Shown here in pieces: positions 8,232 through 15,634 of a stretch of DNA of 36,652 nucleotides. This stretch comes from Burkholderiales bacterium. Lineage in GTDB: Bacteria; Pseudomonadota; Gammaproteobacteria; Burkholderiales; SG8-39. Below the pieces are notes generated by a model that did not search any database, had not been told where the DNA came from, and was given only the letters and a program-made list of their open reading frames with translations. Numbering within the stretch: the first letter of the stretch is position 1; every line of letters begins with the position of its first letter. The DNA lies in contig DATDMW010000251.1 in assembly GCA_036518595.1 (NCBI GenBank), positions 1-36,652 on the forward strand, in the 5' to 3' direction. A program made the position numbers and the translations under genes.

Positions 8232-9601
8232 TGGGTGTAGCGGCCGATTCCGTCGCCGAGCGGCTCGCCGCAGGGGTCGCCGGGCTGTCCGCGTCCGGGA
8301 TTCCGCGCGGCGTGCGCGAGACCTGCGCGGCCCTGCTGGTCGATGTCGGCGGCCTGTGCGTCGCCGCGCGCGCGAGCGGCTACGTGCGCATGCTCGCCGC
8401 CGCGGTCGACCGCGGCGGACCGTGCACCGCGATCGGCCACGGCGGCGGCCTCGCCGCCGAGGACGCGGCGATGATCAACGGCACGGCCGCGCACGGCGAG
8501 GATTTCGACGACACCTTCGAAGGCGGGCCGGTGCACAGCGGCGCGGTCGTCGTTCCCGCGGTGCTCGCGGCCTGCGAGCGCTTCGGACGCGGCGGCGACT
8601 CGGCCCTCCTGGGCATCGCTGCGGGCGTGGAGACGCTGTGCCGGCTGAGCCTGGTCGCCCCGAAGCGCATCCACAAGGCCGGGTTCCATCCGACCAGCGT
8701 GCTCGGCGCCATGGCCGCGACCGCGGGCGTGGGCGCGGCGCTCGGGCTCGACCGCCGGCAGACGGTCGACGCGCTCGGCATCGCCGGCAGCATGGCGGGC
8801 GGGATCATCGAGTATCTCGCCGAGGGCGCGTGGACCAAGCGCCTGCACGCGGGCTGGGCGGCGCGCATCGGCCTGCACGCCGCGCGCATCGGCCGCGAGG
8901 GCTTCCTCGGTCCGCGCACGGTGTTCGAAGGCACGCACGGGCTGTTCTTCGGGTTCTCCCATTCCGCGGAAGGGGACTACGACGCCCTGGTGCGCGGCTT
9001 CGGCCGCGACTGGGTGATGACGGGAATCACCTTCAAGCCGTACGCGACCGGCACCATGAACCAGCCCTACATCGACTGCGCGCTGCGCCTCGCGCGCAAG
9101 GGCTTCGCTGCCGAGGACGTCGCCGAGGTGCTGTGCGAGACGGCGGAAGGATACGTCCACCGCCTGTGGGAGCCGCTCGCGGCCAAGCACCGCCCCCCGA
9201 ACGACTACGCCGCGAAGTTCAGCACGCCGTTCAACATCGCGGTCGCGTTCCTCACGGGCGGGGCGGGGTTCGAGGCCTTCACCGAGCGCACCGTGCGCGA
9301 CCCGCGCATCCTCGCGCTCGCGTCGAAGGTGCGCTACGTCGTCGACGCGAACAATCCCTATCCGAAGGCCTACACCGGCCACGTGCGCGTGACGCTCAAG
9401 GATGGCCGCGTCTTCGAGGAGCGCCAGCCGCACATCCGCGGCGGCGTGCAGGAGCCGCTCACGCGCGAGGATCTCGAGGACAAGTTCCGCGGCAACGCCC
9501 GCCACGGCGGATGGGAGGACGCGCTCGCCGATCGCTATCTGCAATTCGCACGGACCGCGTTCGACGCGGCGTCTCTCGCCCTGGGCGAGTTCGGGGCCTG
9601 A
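8231..9601 (+). CDS. MmgE/PrpD-family protein (second paralog)
   Basis: The ATG shares its A with the tctC stop (TGATG). PrpD-family pattern: NGTAAHGEDFDDTF, HPTSVLGAMAA, KPYATGTMNQP. Confidence 0.85.
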   Translation: MGVAADSVAERLAAGVAGLSASGIPRGVRETCAALLVDVGGLCVAARASGYVRMLAAAVDRGGPCTAIGHGGGLAAEDAAMINGTAAHGEDFDDTFEGGPVHSGAVVVPAVLAACERFGRGGDSALLGIAAGVETLCRLSLVAPKRIHKAGFHPTSVLGAMAATAGVGAALGLDRRQTVDALGIAGSMAGGIIEYLAEGAWTKRLHAGWAARIGLHAARIGREGFLGPRTVFEGTHGLFFGFSHSAEGDYDALVRGFGRDWVMTGITFKPYATGTMNQPYIDCALRLARKGFAAEDVAEVLCETAEGYVHRLWEPLAAKHRPPNDYAAKFSTPFNIAVAFLTGGAGFEAFTERTVRDPRILALASKVRYVVDANNPYPKAYTGHVRVTLKDGRVFEERQPHIRGGVQEPLTREDLEDKFRGNARHGGWEDALADRYLQFARTAFDAASLALGEFGA

Positions 9602-9675
9602 TGCCCGGAGCGCGGCGCGCGAGCATTTTTCCACGCTTGCGCCTCTCGGCCGACGGGGGTCGGACGAGCCATATG

Positions 9676-9706
9676 TTTACACAAAACTATTGGGTCGCGA
9701 TATGAT
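9676..9706 (+). promoter_or_regulatory. Candidate sigma-70 promoter for pal (TTTACA-19 nt-TATGAT)
   Basis: Sits in the only AT-rich stretch of the 180-nt intergenic region upstream of pal. The 19-nt spacer is longer than optimal. Confidence 0.3.
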
Positions 9707-9781
9707 TTCCCGGGAGTTCATCAGAACGGACCGCCGCGGGCCGATCCGACGGCGGGACCCGTAACAACACAGGAGGAGAAC

Positions 9782-10324
9782 ATGAAGCTCCAGTCTCAGC
9801 TGAGCATCGCCGCTTCGCTGCTAGCGCTGGCGTTCGTCGCGGGCTGCGCGAGCGAGGCAAAGAAGGATGCGACGTCCGCGTCGCCCGCCGCGTCGTCGCC
9901 TTCGTCGTCCGGCGCCGCGCCCTCGGCGCAGTCGGCGCAGCCCTCGGGCGTGACCGGAAACGCGCTCAACGATCCGAAGAGCATGCTGTTCAAGCGCAGC
10001 GTCTACTACGAGTTCGACCAGTCGAACGTGAAGACCGACTACCGCTCGCTGGTCGAGGCGCACGCGCGCTACCTGCGCGAGCATCCCGGCGCGACCATCA
10101 CCATCGAGGGCAACTGCGACGAGCGCGGCAGCCGCGAGTACAACCTGGCGCTCGGCCAGCGTCGCGCGGACGGCGTGAAGAGCATGATGACGGTGCTCGG
10201 CGTGCCGGACCGGCAGGTCGACACGGTGAGCTACGGCGAGGAGAAGCCGAAAGCCCAGGGCCACAGCGAAGACGCTTGGTCGCAGAACCGCCGCAGCGAT
10301 ATCGTCTACCGCAAAGTCCAGTAA
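9782..10324 (+). CDS. pal: Peptidoglycan-associated lipoprotein (Pal/OmpA-C family)
   Basis: AGGAGGAGA Shine-Dalgarno. Lipobox LAFVAGC. Ser/Ala/Pro linker. OmpA-C core: TIEGNCDERGSREYNLALGQRRADGV...VSYGEEKP...AWSQNRRSD. Confidence 0.8.
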   Translation: MKLQSQLSIAASLLALAFVAGCASEAKKDATSASPAASSPSSSGAAPSAQSAQPSGVTGNALNDPKSMLFKRSVYYEFDQSNVKTDYRSLVEAHARYLREHPGATITIEGNCDERGSREYNLALGQRRADGVKSMMTVLGVPDRQVDTVSYGEEKPKAQGHSEDAWSQNRRSDIVYRKVQ

Positions 10325-10340
10325 TCCACGGGTCATCCCG

Positions 10341-10370
10341 AAAAAGCGGGGGTTTCCCCCGCTTTTTTTT
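10341..10370 (+). terminator. Rho-independent terminator (bidirectional appearance)
   Basis: AAAAA GCGGGGG TTT CCCCCGC TTTTTTTT. Perfect 7-bp GC stem at 10346-10352 and 10356-10362, followed by an 8-T run, 17 nt after the pal stop. Confidence 0.9.
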
Positions 10371-10380
10371 CGTCTCTCGG

Positions 10381-10396
10381 TGGCACCTGCGCCGCA
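10381..10396 (+). promoter_or_regulatory. Sigma-54-like -24/-12 element
   Basis: TGGCACctgcgccGCA compared with the consensus TGGCAC-N5-TTGCA. The GG and GC doublets have correct spacing. Lies about 92 nt upstream of ATG 10488. Confidence 0.3.
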
Positions 10397-10487
10397 TGCT
10401 ATGCTCCGCCGTTGAGCCAGAACAGGCCCGGGAATCCACCCGGGCATTGCATTCCGGCTGTGTTTCGCTCGTCCCGGGGGGGACCGG

Positions 10488-11771
10488 ATGGCTCTGGCGT
10501 TGGTGCCGGCGCACAGGCTCGCGCGCATCAATTACGCGCCGCGCGCGCTCGCGTTCGCCTACACCTTCCTGGTGCTCGAGGCGCTCATGCTCGAGCGCGG
10601 CTCGGGCGGCTGGATGCTGGCGCTCGGCGCGCTGCAGTTCCTCGTCTACCCGCACCTCGCGTACCTGCACGCGCGCCTGGTCCCGGAGTCCAAGCGCGCC
10701 GAGCTGATCAATCTGGCGTTCGACGCCCTCACCCTCGGGGCCTGGACCGCGCAGGCGCAGTTCGCGCTGTGGTGGAGTGCGGGCCTCCTGTCGGCGATCA
10801 GCCTGAACAGCGCCGCGAACGGCGGGCTGAGGTACCTCGGTCTCGCCTGGGCGCTGTTCGCCGCGGGCGCGGCGCTGTGGGGAGGCATTTCCGGCTTCTC
10901 CTTCTCGCCCGACACCGGGCCGCTGGTGACGGGGCTGTGCATCGCCGGTGTCATCGTGTACGTCTCGTGGATCGGCACCATCATGCGCGCGCAGAACCGT
11001 GCGCTCATGCGCACCCGCGGCGCGCTGCACTCGAGCGAGGACCAGTTCCGCTTCATCGCCGAGCACGCGGGCGACCTGGTCGCCGTCCTCGACCCGCGCG
11101 GGCGCATCCGCTACACCAGCGCCTCGCACCTCGAGCACTTCGAGGCCGCGCTCGTCGCTCCTGGGCAGGACTGGGTGCGGCTCGTGCATCCCGACGACCG
11201 CGAACGCGCGCGCAATTTCCTGCAGTACCTGGTGATGTCGCGCCAGATGGAGCGCATGAGCCTGCGCCTGGTCCCGATGGACGGGCCCTCGCTGGTGGTG
11301 GATTGCGAGGGCAACCCCGCGGCGGACGACAGCGACGGCATGGGAATGATCATCCTGGTTATGCGCGACATCACGACGCGCGTGCGCACCGAGATGGACC
11401 TGCGGCTCGCGGCGCACGCGTTCGACCGCGTCTCCGACGGCGTGCTCATCAGCGACGGCTCCGGCAGGATCGAGTACGTCAACGGCGCCTATTGCACGAT
11501 GACGGGCTACGAGCCCCGCGATCTCGTGGGGCGCACCACCGACGAGGTGCGCTCGGCGCTGAAGGGCGACGAGCTCTACCACGAGATCTGGCGCTCGGTG
11601 CAGCGGACCGGGTCCTGGCGAGGCCGCTTCATGGAGCAGCGGCGCGACGGCAAGTTCTTCGCGGCGTCGGTGGTCGTTTCCGCCGTGCGCGACAAGGAGG
11701 GCGCGTCGACGCACTACGTCTGGGTCATCACCGACCCGGCCGCGCCCGAGCGCGCGGCTCGCAGCGCCTGA
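10488..11771 (+). CDS. MASE2 membrane sensor domain plus two PAS domains, no output domain
   Basis: The N-terminal roughly 165 aa are polytopic, with FLVYPHLAYLHARLVPESKRAELINLAFDALTLGAW. From memory this resembles the AdrA/YaiC MASE2 segment (WPHLAW...REIYNLKTDAVLAGMW). Two PAS-like modules follow (FRFIAEHAGDLVAVLDPRGRIRY... and GVLISDGSGRIEYVNGAYCTMTGY...GSWRGRF...RRDGKFF). The stop comes right after ...YVWVITD. Confidence 0.75.
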   Translation: MALALVPAHRLARINYAPRALAFAYTFLVLEALMLERGSGGWMLALGALQFLVYPHLAYLHARLVPESKRAELINLAFDALTLGAWTAQAQFALWWSAGLLSAISLNSAANGGLRYLGLAWALFAAGAALWGGISGFSFSPDTGPLVTGLCIAGVIVYVSWIGTIMRAQNRALMRTRGALHSSEDQFRFIAEHAGDLVAVLDPRGRIRYTSASHLEHFEAALVAPGQDWVRLVHPDDRERARNFLQYLVMSRQMERMSLRLVPMDGPSLVVDCEGNPAADDSDGMGMIILVMRDITTRVRTEMDLRLAAHAFDRVSDGVLISDGSGRIEYVNGAYCTMTGYEPRDLVGRTTDEVRSALKGDELYHEIWRSVQRTGSWRGRFMEQRRDGKFFAASVVVSAVRDKEGASTHYVWVITDPAAPERAARSA

Positions 11772-11909
11772 GCCGGTGTAGCGCCGTCAGCCGTCCCGGC
11801 GACGAGAGCACGCAGAGCCGCTGGCCGGCGCCGCGGCCGGAATAGAATCGAACCCCGCCGCGTTTCTCCGGACTAAGCACAACGGCATCCAACCGGAAAG
11901 GAGTGAAAA

Positions 11910-12614
11910 ATGGCCGGCACCCACATCGACATCCGCGCCGCCGACGGCGGCAAGTTCCGCGGCTACCTGTGCCTGCCCCGATCGGGCAAGGGCCCGGGGC
12001 TGGTCGTGGAGCAGGAAATCTTCGGCATCAACGAGAACGTGCGGCTCGTGTGCGAGCACTACGCGAACCAGGGCTTCGTCGCGCTCGCCCCCGACCTCTT
12101 CTGGCGGCTGCAGCCGAACGTGGACCTGGGCTATTCACCCGAGGAATGGCAGAAGGCGTTCGACTTCATGAAGCGCTTCGACATCGACAAGGGCATCGAG
12201 GACGTCGGGGCGACCATCAAGCACTTGCGCGGGATGAAGGAATGCACCGGCAGGGTCGGCGCGATCGGCTATTGCCTCGGCGGCAAGCTCGCGTACCTGA
12301 CCGCCGCGCGCACCGACGTCGACTGCGCGGTCGCGTATTACGGCGTGGGCCTCGATCAGAACCTGAACGAAAAGGGCAAGATCGGCAAGCCCCTCATGAT
12401 GCACATCGCCGAGAAGGACAAGTTCGTGCCGCCCGAGGCGCAGGCGAAGATCAAGGCGGGCTTGAAGGACATGAAGAACGTGGAGATCCACAGCTACCCG
12501 GACGTCGATCACGCCTTCGCGCGCATCAACGGGGACCATTTCGACGCGAACGCCGCCGAGCTCGCGAACAAGCGCACGCTCGACTTCCTGAAGAAGCACC
12601 TGATGGGGCGCTAG
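11910..12614 (+). CDS. Dienelactone hydrolase family protein (carboxymethylenebutenolidase-like)
   Basis: AAGGAG Shine-Dalgarno. DLH pattern: GPGLVVEQEIFGINENVR...FVALAPDLF, nucleophile elbow GYCLGG, C-terminal YPDVDHAF. Confidence 0.8.
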   Translation: MAGTHIDIRAADGGKFRGYLCLPRSGKGPGLVVEQEIFGINENVRLVCEHYANQGFVALAPDLFWRLQPNVDLGYSPEEWQKAFDFMKRFDIDKGIEDVGATIKHLRGMKECTGRVGAIGYCLGGKLAYLTAARTDVDCAVAYYGVGLDQNLNEKGKIGKPLMMHIAEKDKFVPPEAQAKIKAGLKDMKNVEIHSYPDVDHAFARINGDHFDANAAELANKRTLDFLKKHLMGR

Positions 12615-13657
12615 CGCTCCGCCGCTTTCTTCTCCAGCCGGATCTGCGCCGCGCGGGCACAGCCCTGCATGACCTGGAAGTAGCGCTGCACCCAGTCGGC
12701 GCCGATCTCGTAGGGGTGCGGCCCCTTGCCCCGCCCGGCGAGCATGCGGTTCTTGTTGTAGGCGTTGTCGAACTCGGAGTGGTTCGAAAGCAGCACGGTC
12801 GCGCCCGTCTCCGCGGCCTTGGCCGCCATGTGCCGCTGCGAGTCGATGTAGATCTGGAAGTTCTTGATGCCCGGGTCGGGAGTGTCGTTCACGAAGTTGA
12901 ACGCGGTGCCGCCGGAATAGGCGACATTCACGGGCCGGCCGCGGTCGTGCACGGTGAACGTGTAGGACAGCGTTCCGGGCGTGTGTCCGGGCGTGAGCCA
13001 CACCGTTAGCGTCGTGTCGGCGAGCGTGATCTTCATGCCGTCGGTCGCGACGATGTCGCGCCTGGGCGCCATGGTCTTGTACCGGTTCGGATGCCGCTCG
13101 ACCAGGTCCCAGTCGGGCCCGCCCATGACCACGCGCGGGTGGTAGCGGCGCTGGATCATCTCGGCGCCGCCGATGTGGTCGGCGTGCGCGTGCGAGATGA
13201 CGAGATACTTGATGTCCTTCGGGTCGAGGCCGAGCTTCTCCATCCCGCCGAGAACCAGCTCCTCCGAGTTGTACGGGTAGATCGTGTCGATGAGGATGAG
13301 GCCGGCGCGCGTTCGCAGCGCCCACGACGAATGGATCTTGCCGCCCACGAAGTAAAGCTCGTCGAAGACCTTGCTCGGCTCGGCGTACCAGGTCTCCCGC
13401 GGCGGCGCTTTCGCTGGGTCGGCGACGTACGGGGGCACCTTGTCGCTCAGGTCCTCGCCGCCGCTCTGCGGCAGCAGGCAGGTGCGCGCCAGCGTGCCGA
13501 GGAACTCGAAGCCCGCGGCGGTCTTCGCCGAGCGGATGGCGGCGTCGATCTCGGCGTCGTAGTCGCGCTTCGCCGGCTGCGCGAGCGCGTGGCCGCAGAG
13601 GCACGCGGCGAGAACGAGCAGGCCGGCGAGTCGAACCGCGCCCATCGCTACACCCAT
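12611..13657 (-). CDS. Exported MBL-fold metallo-hydrolase, subclass-B3-lactamase-like layout
   Basis: Signal peptide MGVAMGAVRLAGLLVLAACLCGHALAQ, with a possible LAAC lipobox. Metal motifs SHAHADHIGG, TPGHTPGT and SNHSE. Alternative start at 13645. Confidence 0.8.
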   Translation of the reverse strand: MGVAMGAVRLAGLLVLAACLCGHALAQPAKRDYDAEIDAAIRSAKTAAGFEFLGTLARTCLLPQSGGEDLSDKVPPYVADPAKAPPRETWYAEPSKVFDELYFVGGKIHSSWALRTRAGLILIDTIYPYNSEELVLGGMEKLGLDPKDIKYLVISHAHADHIGGAEMIQRRYHPRVVMGGPDWDLVERHPNRYKTMAPRRDIVATDGMKITLADTTLTVWLTPGHTPGTLSYTFTVHDRGRPVNVAYSGGTAFNFVNDTPDPGIKNFQIYIDSQRHMAAKAAETGATVLLSNHSEFDNAYNKNRMLAGRGKGPHPYEIGADWVQRYFQVMQGCARAAQIRLEKKAAER

Positions 13658-14187
13658 ACCTGCAGCACGTAGTCGTACGCCGCCTGCGCGTTCGTCATGT
13701 CGACGCGCTGCAGCTTGATGCGGAAGCCGTCCCGGGTCCGCGTCAGGTGGTGCGTGTAAGCGCCGGCGAAATGGCGCACGTCGTCGCGGCGCAGCTCCAT
13801 CATGTGGAAGCGCGAGCGCACGCAGACGTCGCCGTTGGCGAGCTCGCGCTCGAGGACGACGTTGCCGATCACGTGGTTCGTGCCCCAGAGCGGCCGCTGC
13901 GACCAGGCGTCGGGATGCAGCACGCGCTTCATGCGCACGGTCATGAGGTTCTTGTCCTCGGCGAAGATGGCGGGCATGCCTTCCCAGGTCGCGTGCGAGG
14001 GCTCGGGCGGCATCCAGTACACGCCGTCGTCGGCGAAGAGATCGATCCAGTCGTCCCAGCGCTTCTCGTCGAGCAGCTCGGCCTGACGATAGAGGAACTG
14101 CTCCACCGCGTGCTGCGTGTCGCGGCTGCCCGCGGCGCGCCGGCGCGGGGCGGGCTTCGCGAGGTGCCGCTTCGCCGTCTTCGCCAT
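13648..14187 (-). CDS. Aromatic ring-hydroxylating dioxygenase, small (beta) subunit
   Basis: ATG at 14187 within ORF 13648..15249, 179 aa. SnoaL/NTF2-like beta-subunit pattern: VEQFLYRQAELLDEKRWDDWIDLFADDGVYWMP. The start overlaps the alpha-subunit stop (TGATG). Confidence 0.85.
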   Translation of the reverse strand: MAKTAKRHLAKPAPRRRAAGSRDTQHAVEQFLYRQAELLDEKRWDDWIDLFADDGVYWMPPEPSHATWEGMPAIFAEDKNLMTVRMKRVLHPDAWSQRPLWGTNHVIGNVVLERELANGDVCVRSRFHMMELRRDDVRHFAGAYTHHLTRTRDGFRIKLQRVDMTNAQAAYDYVLQVWV

Positions 14188-15518
14188 CACCGCTCCGCGG
14201 TCATGTACCGCGCCCATGCCTTCATCTGGTTGCGCATCGGCGCCTCCGACGTGCCGCAGTTGGGCGCGGTCTCGACGCGGCCGTCGCGCTCCACGTCGCG
14301 GCCCATGTGGCGGGCGAAGCTCACCCAATCGCCGCCGTCGGACGCCAGGCCCTGGTGGCACTTCCAGAAGTTCTCGAGGTCGTCCGCGTTGACCAGCGTG
14401 GCGGGCGAATTGACCAGATTGTAGTACGCGAGCGAGCGTCGGTAGATCGCCTCGGGCGCGCCCTTCAGCCGGAAGTGCCAGATCTCGGTGAGCGTCTTGT
14501 CGACGCCGAGCGGGCGCACGGCGCGCAGCTGCTGCAGCGGCGACTGCACCGACAATCCGGGGTAGATGAGCACGTGGTGGATGTTGACGCCGATGATCTC
14601 CTCGAAGCGCTTCTTTCCGTACGCCTCGATCATGATCCTGTCGTAGGCGAGCGTGTCCGGGTCCTGCGGTCGCAATCCCATGTAGCCGGTGAGGATGCAA
14701 TGCCCGTTCGGATAGTTGAGCGTCTGGAAGCCGTCCCACTTGTCGATGGTCACGGTCGCGAAGGCCGAGAGCATGTGATAGGAGAGCGGCGCCTCGCCCT
14801 TCCTGGCCTTCGCGGCGATTATCTTTTCGACCTCGTGCGCGGCGCGGCCCGTGGACTGGTGCGTCACGGAAGGATGCAGCGCGTCGAGCTGGTTCTCGAG
14901 GAAGATCTTCCAGTTCGAGTGCTGGATGACGCGGAAGCAGTTCGGCACGATCTCGACCTCGCCCTCGGGGGCGCGGTCGCACATGTCGTCGAAGGCGACG
15001 CGCGACTCGCCGAGAAACTCCGCGAGCGTCGGGCCGTCCGGCGCGAGGCTTGCGAAAACGAAGCCGCGGTAGTTCTCGACGCGCGCCGCGCGCTTCATGC
15101 TGCAGTCGGGGTTGTCCTTGCCCCAGCGCGTGCCGGCGTAGCCGGACTCCTGCATCGGGATCGAGCGCAGCCGGCCGTCGTGGTGGAAGGTCCATGCATG
15201 GTAGGAGCAGCGGAAGAACTCGCCGGCGTTGCCGCTGCGGTCGCCGCACATCATGTTGCCGCGGTGCGGGCAGCGGTTGTAGAGGACGTTCACGCCGCCG
15301 TCGCCCGCGCGAACCATGACCATGGGCTGGCGGCCGACCTGCACCGTGTAGTAGTCACCCGGCCGGGGGACCTGCGACTCGTGACCGCAGTAGATCCAGA
15401 CGCGCTCGTGGATACGCTCCATCTCGAGCTCGAAGATCGCCGGGTCGGTGTAGACCTCGCGCCGCACCCGGTCGGGCTCGACGTAGTTGCCGAGGTTGGG
15501 GACGTGTTCGTGAAGCAT
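14187..15518 (-). CDS. Rieske non-haem iron aromatic ring-hydroxylating dioxygenase, large (alpha) subunit
   Basis: Rieske motif CPHRGNMMCGDRSGNAGEFFRCSYHAW. Mononuclear iron motif ENQLDALHPSVTH (D-x2-H-x4-H). AAGGAG Shine-Dalgarno. Confidence 0.9.
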   Translation of the reverse strand: MLHEHVPNLGNYVEPDRVRREVYTDPAIFELEMERIHERVWIYCGHESQVPRPGDYYTVQVGRQPMVMVRAGDGGVNVLYNRCPHRGNMMCGDRSGNAGEFFRCSYHAWTFHHDGRLRSIPMQESGYAGTRWGKDNPDCSMKRAARVENYRGFVFASLAPDGPTLAEFLGESRVAFDDMCDRAPEGEVEIVPNCFRVIQHSNWKIFLENQLDALHPSVTHQSTGRAAHEVEKIIAAKARKGEAPLSYHMLSAFATVTIDKWDGFQTLNYPNGHCILTGYMGLRPQDPDTLAYDRIMIEAYGKKRFEEIIGVNIHHVLIYPGLSVQSPLQQLRAVRPLGVDKTLTEIWHFRLKGAPEAIYRRSLAYYNLVNSPATLVNADDLENFWKCHQGLASDGGDWVSFARHMGRDVERDGRVETAPNCGTSEAPMRNQMKAWARYMTAER

Positions 15519-15559
15519 GGAGCTCCTTCTCGCGGGGCGCCCGGGGGAAGGGAACGATA

Positions 15560-15574
15560 CCGTCCGAAGGACGG
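15560..15574 (-). other. Intercistronic hairpin
   Basis: CCGTCC gaa GGACGG on the plus strand. Lies between the small membrane ORF and the dioxygenase alpha gene. Confidence 0.4.
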
Positions 15575-15616
15575 ATTTTCAAGGCATGCGCCCGGACGGA
15601 CGAACCGGACCGGGCG

Positions 15617-15632
15617 GCGGGCGAGCGCCCGC
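15617..15632 (-). other. Intercistronic GC hairpin directly after the small-ORF stop
   Basis: GCGGGC gagc GCCCGC. No U-run follows on the transcribed (minus) strand. Confidence 0.4.
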
Positions 15633-15634
15633 GC

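Noticed and set aside
9702-9764. 20-codon upstream ORF (MISREFIRTDRRGPIRRRDP) in the pal leader
   Set aside because: There is no Shine-Dalgarno, and its ATG lies inside the candidate -10 hexamer. The highly basic sequence is what a GC-rich hairpin region would give by chance. I kept only the RNA hairpin observation.
11772-11909. Possible GGDEF/EAL or kinase remnant downstream of the MASE2-PAS stop
   Set aside because: I read all three forward frames of the 138-nt spacer and found no GGDEF/GGEEF, EAL or H-box-like strings. The spacer ends in a normal AAGGAG Shine-Dalgarno for the next gene.
15560-15580. Hairpin plus ATTTT on the plus strand, resembling a weak intrinsic terminator
   Set aside because: No plus-strand gene ends upstream of it, and the region is transcribed on the minus strand, where no U-run follows the stem. 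I treated it as an intercistronic structure instead.
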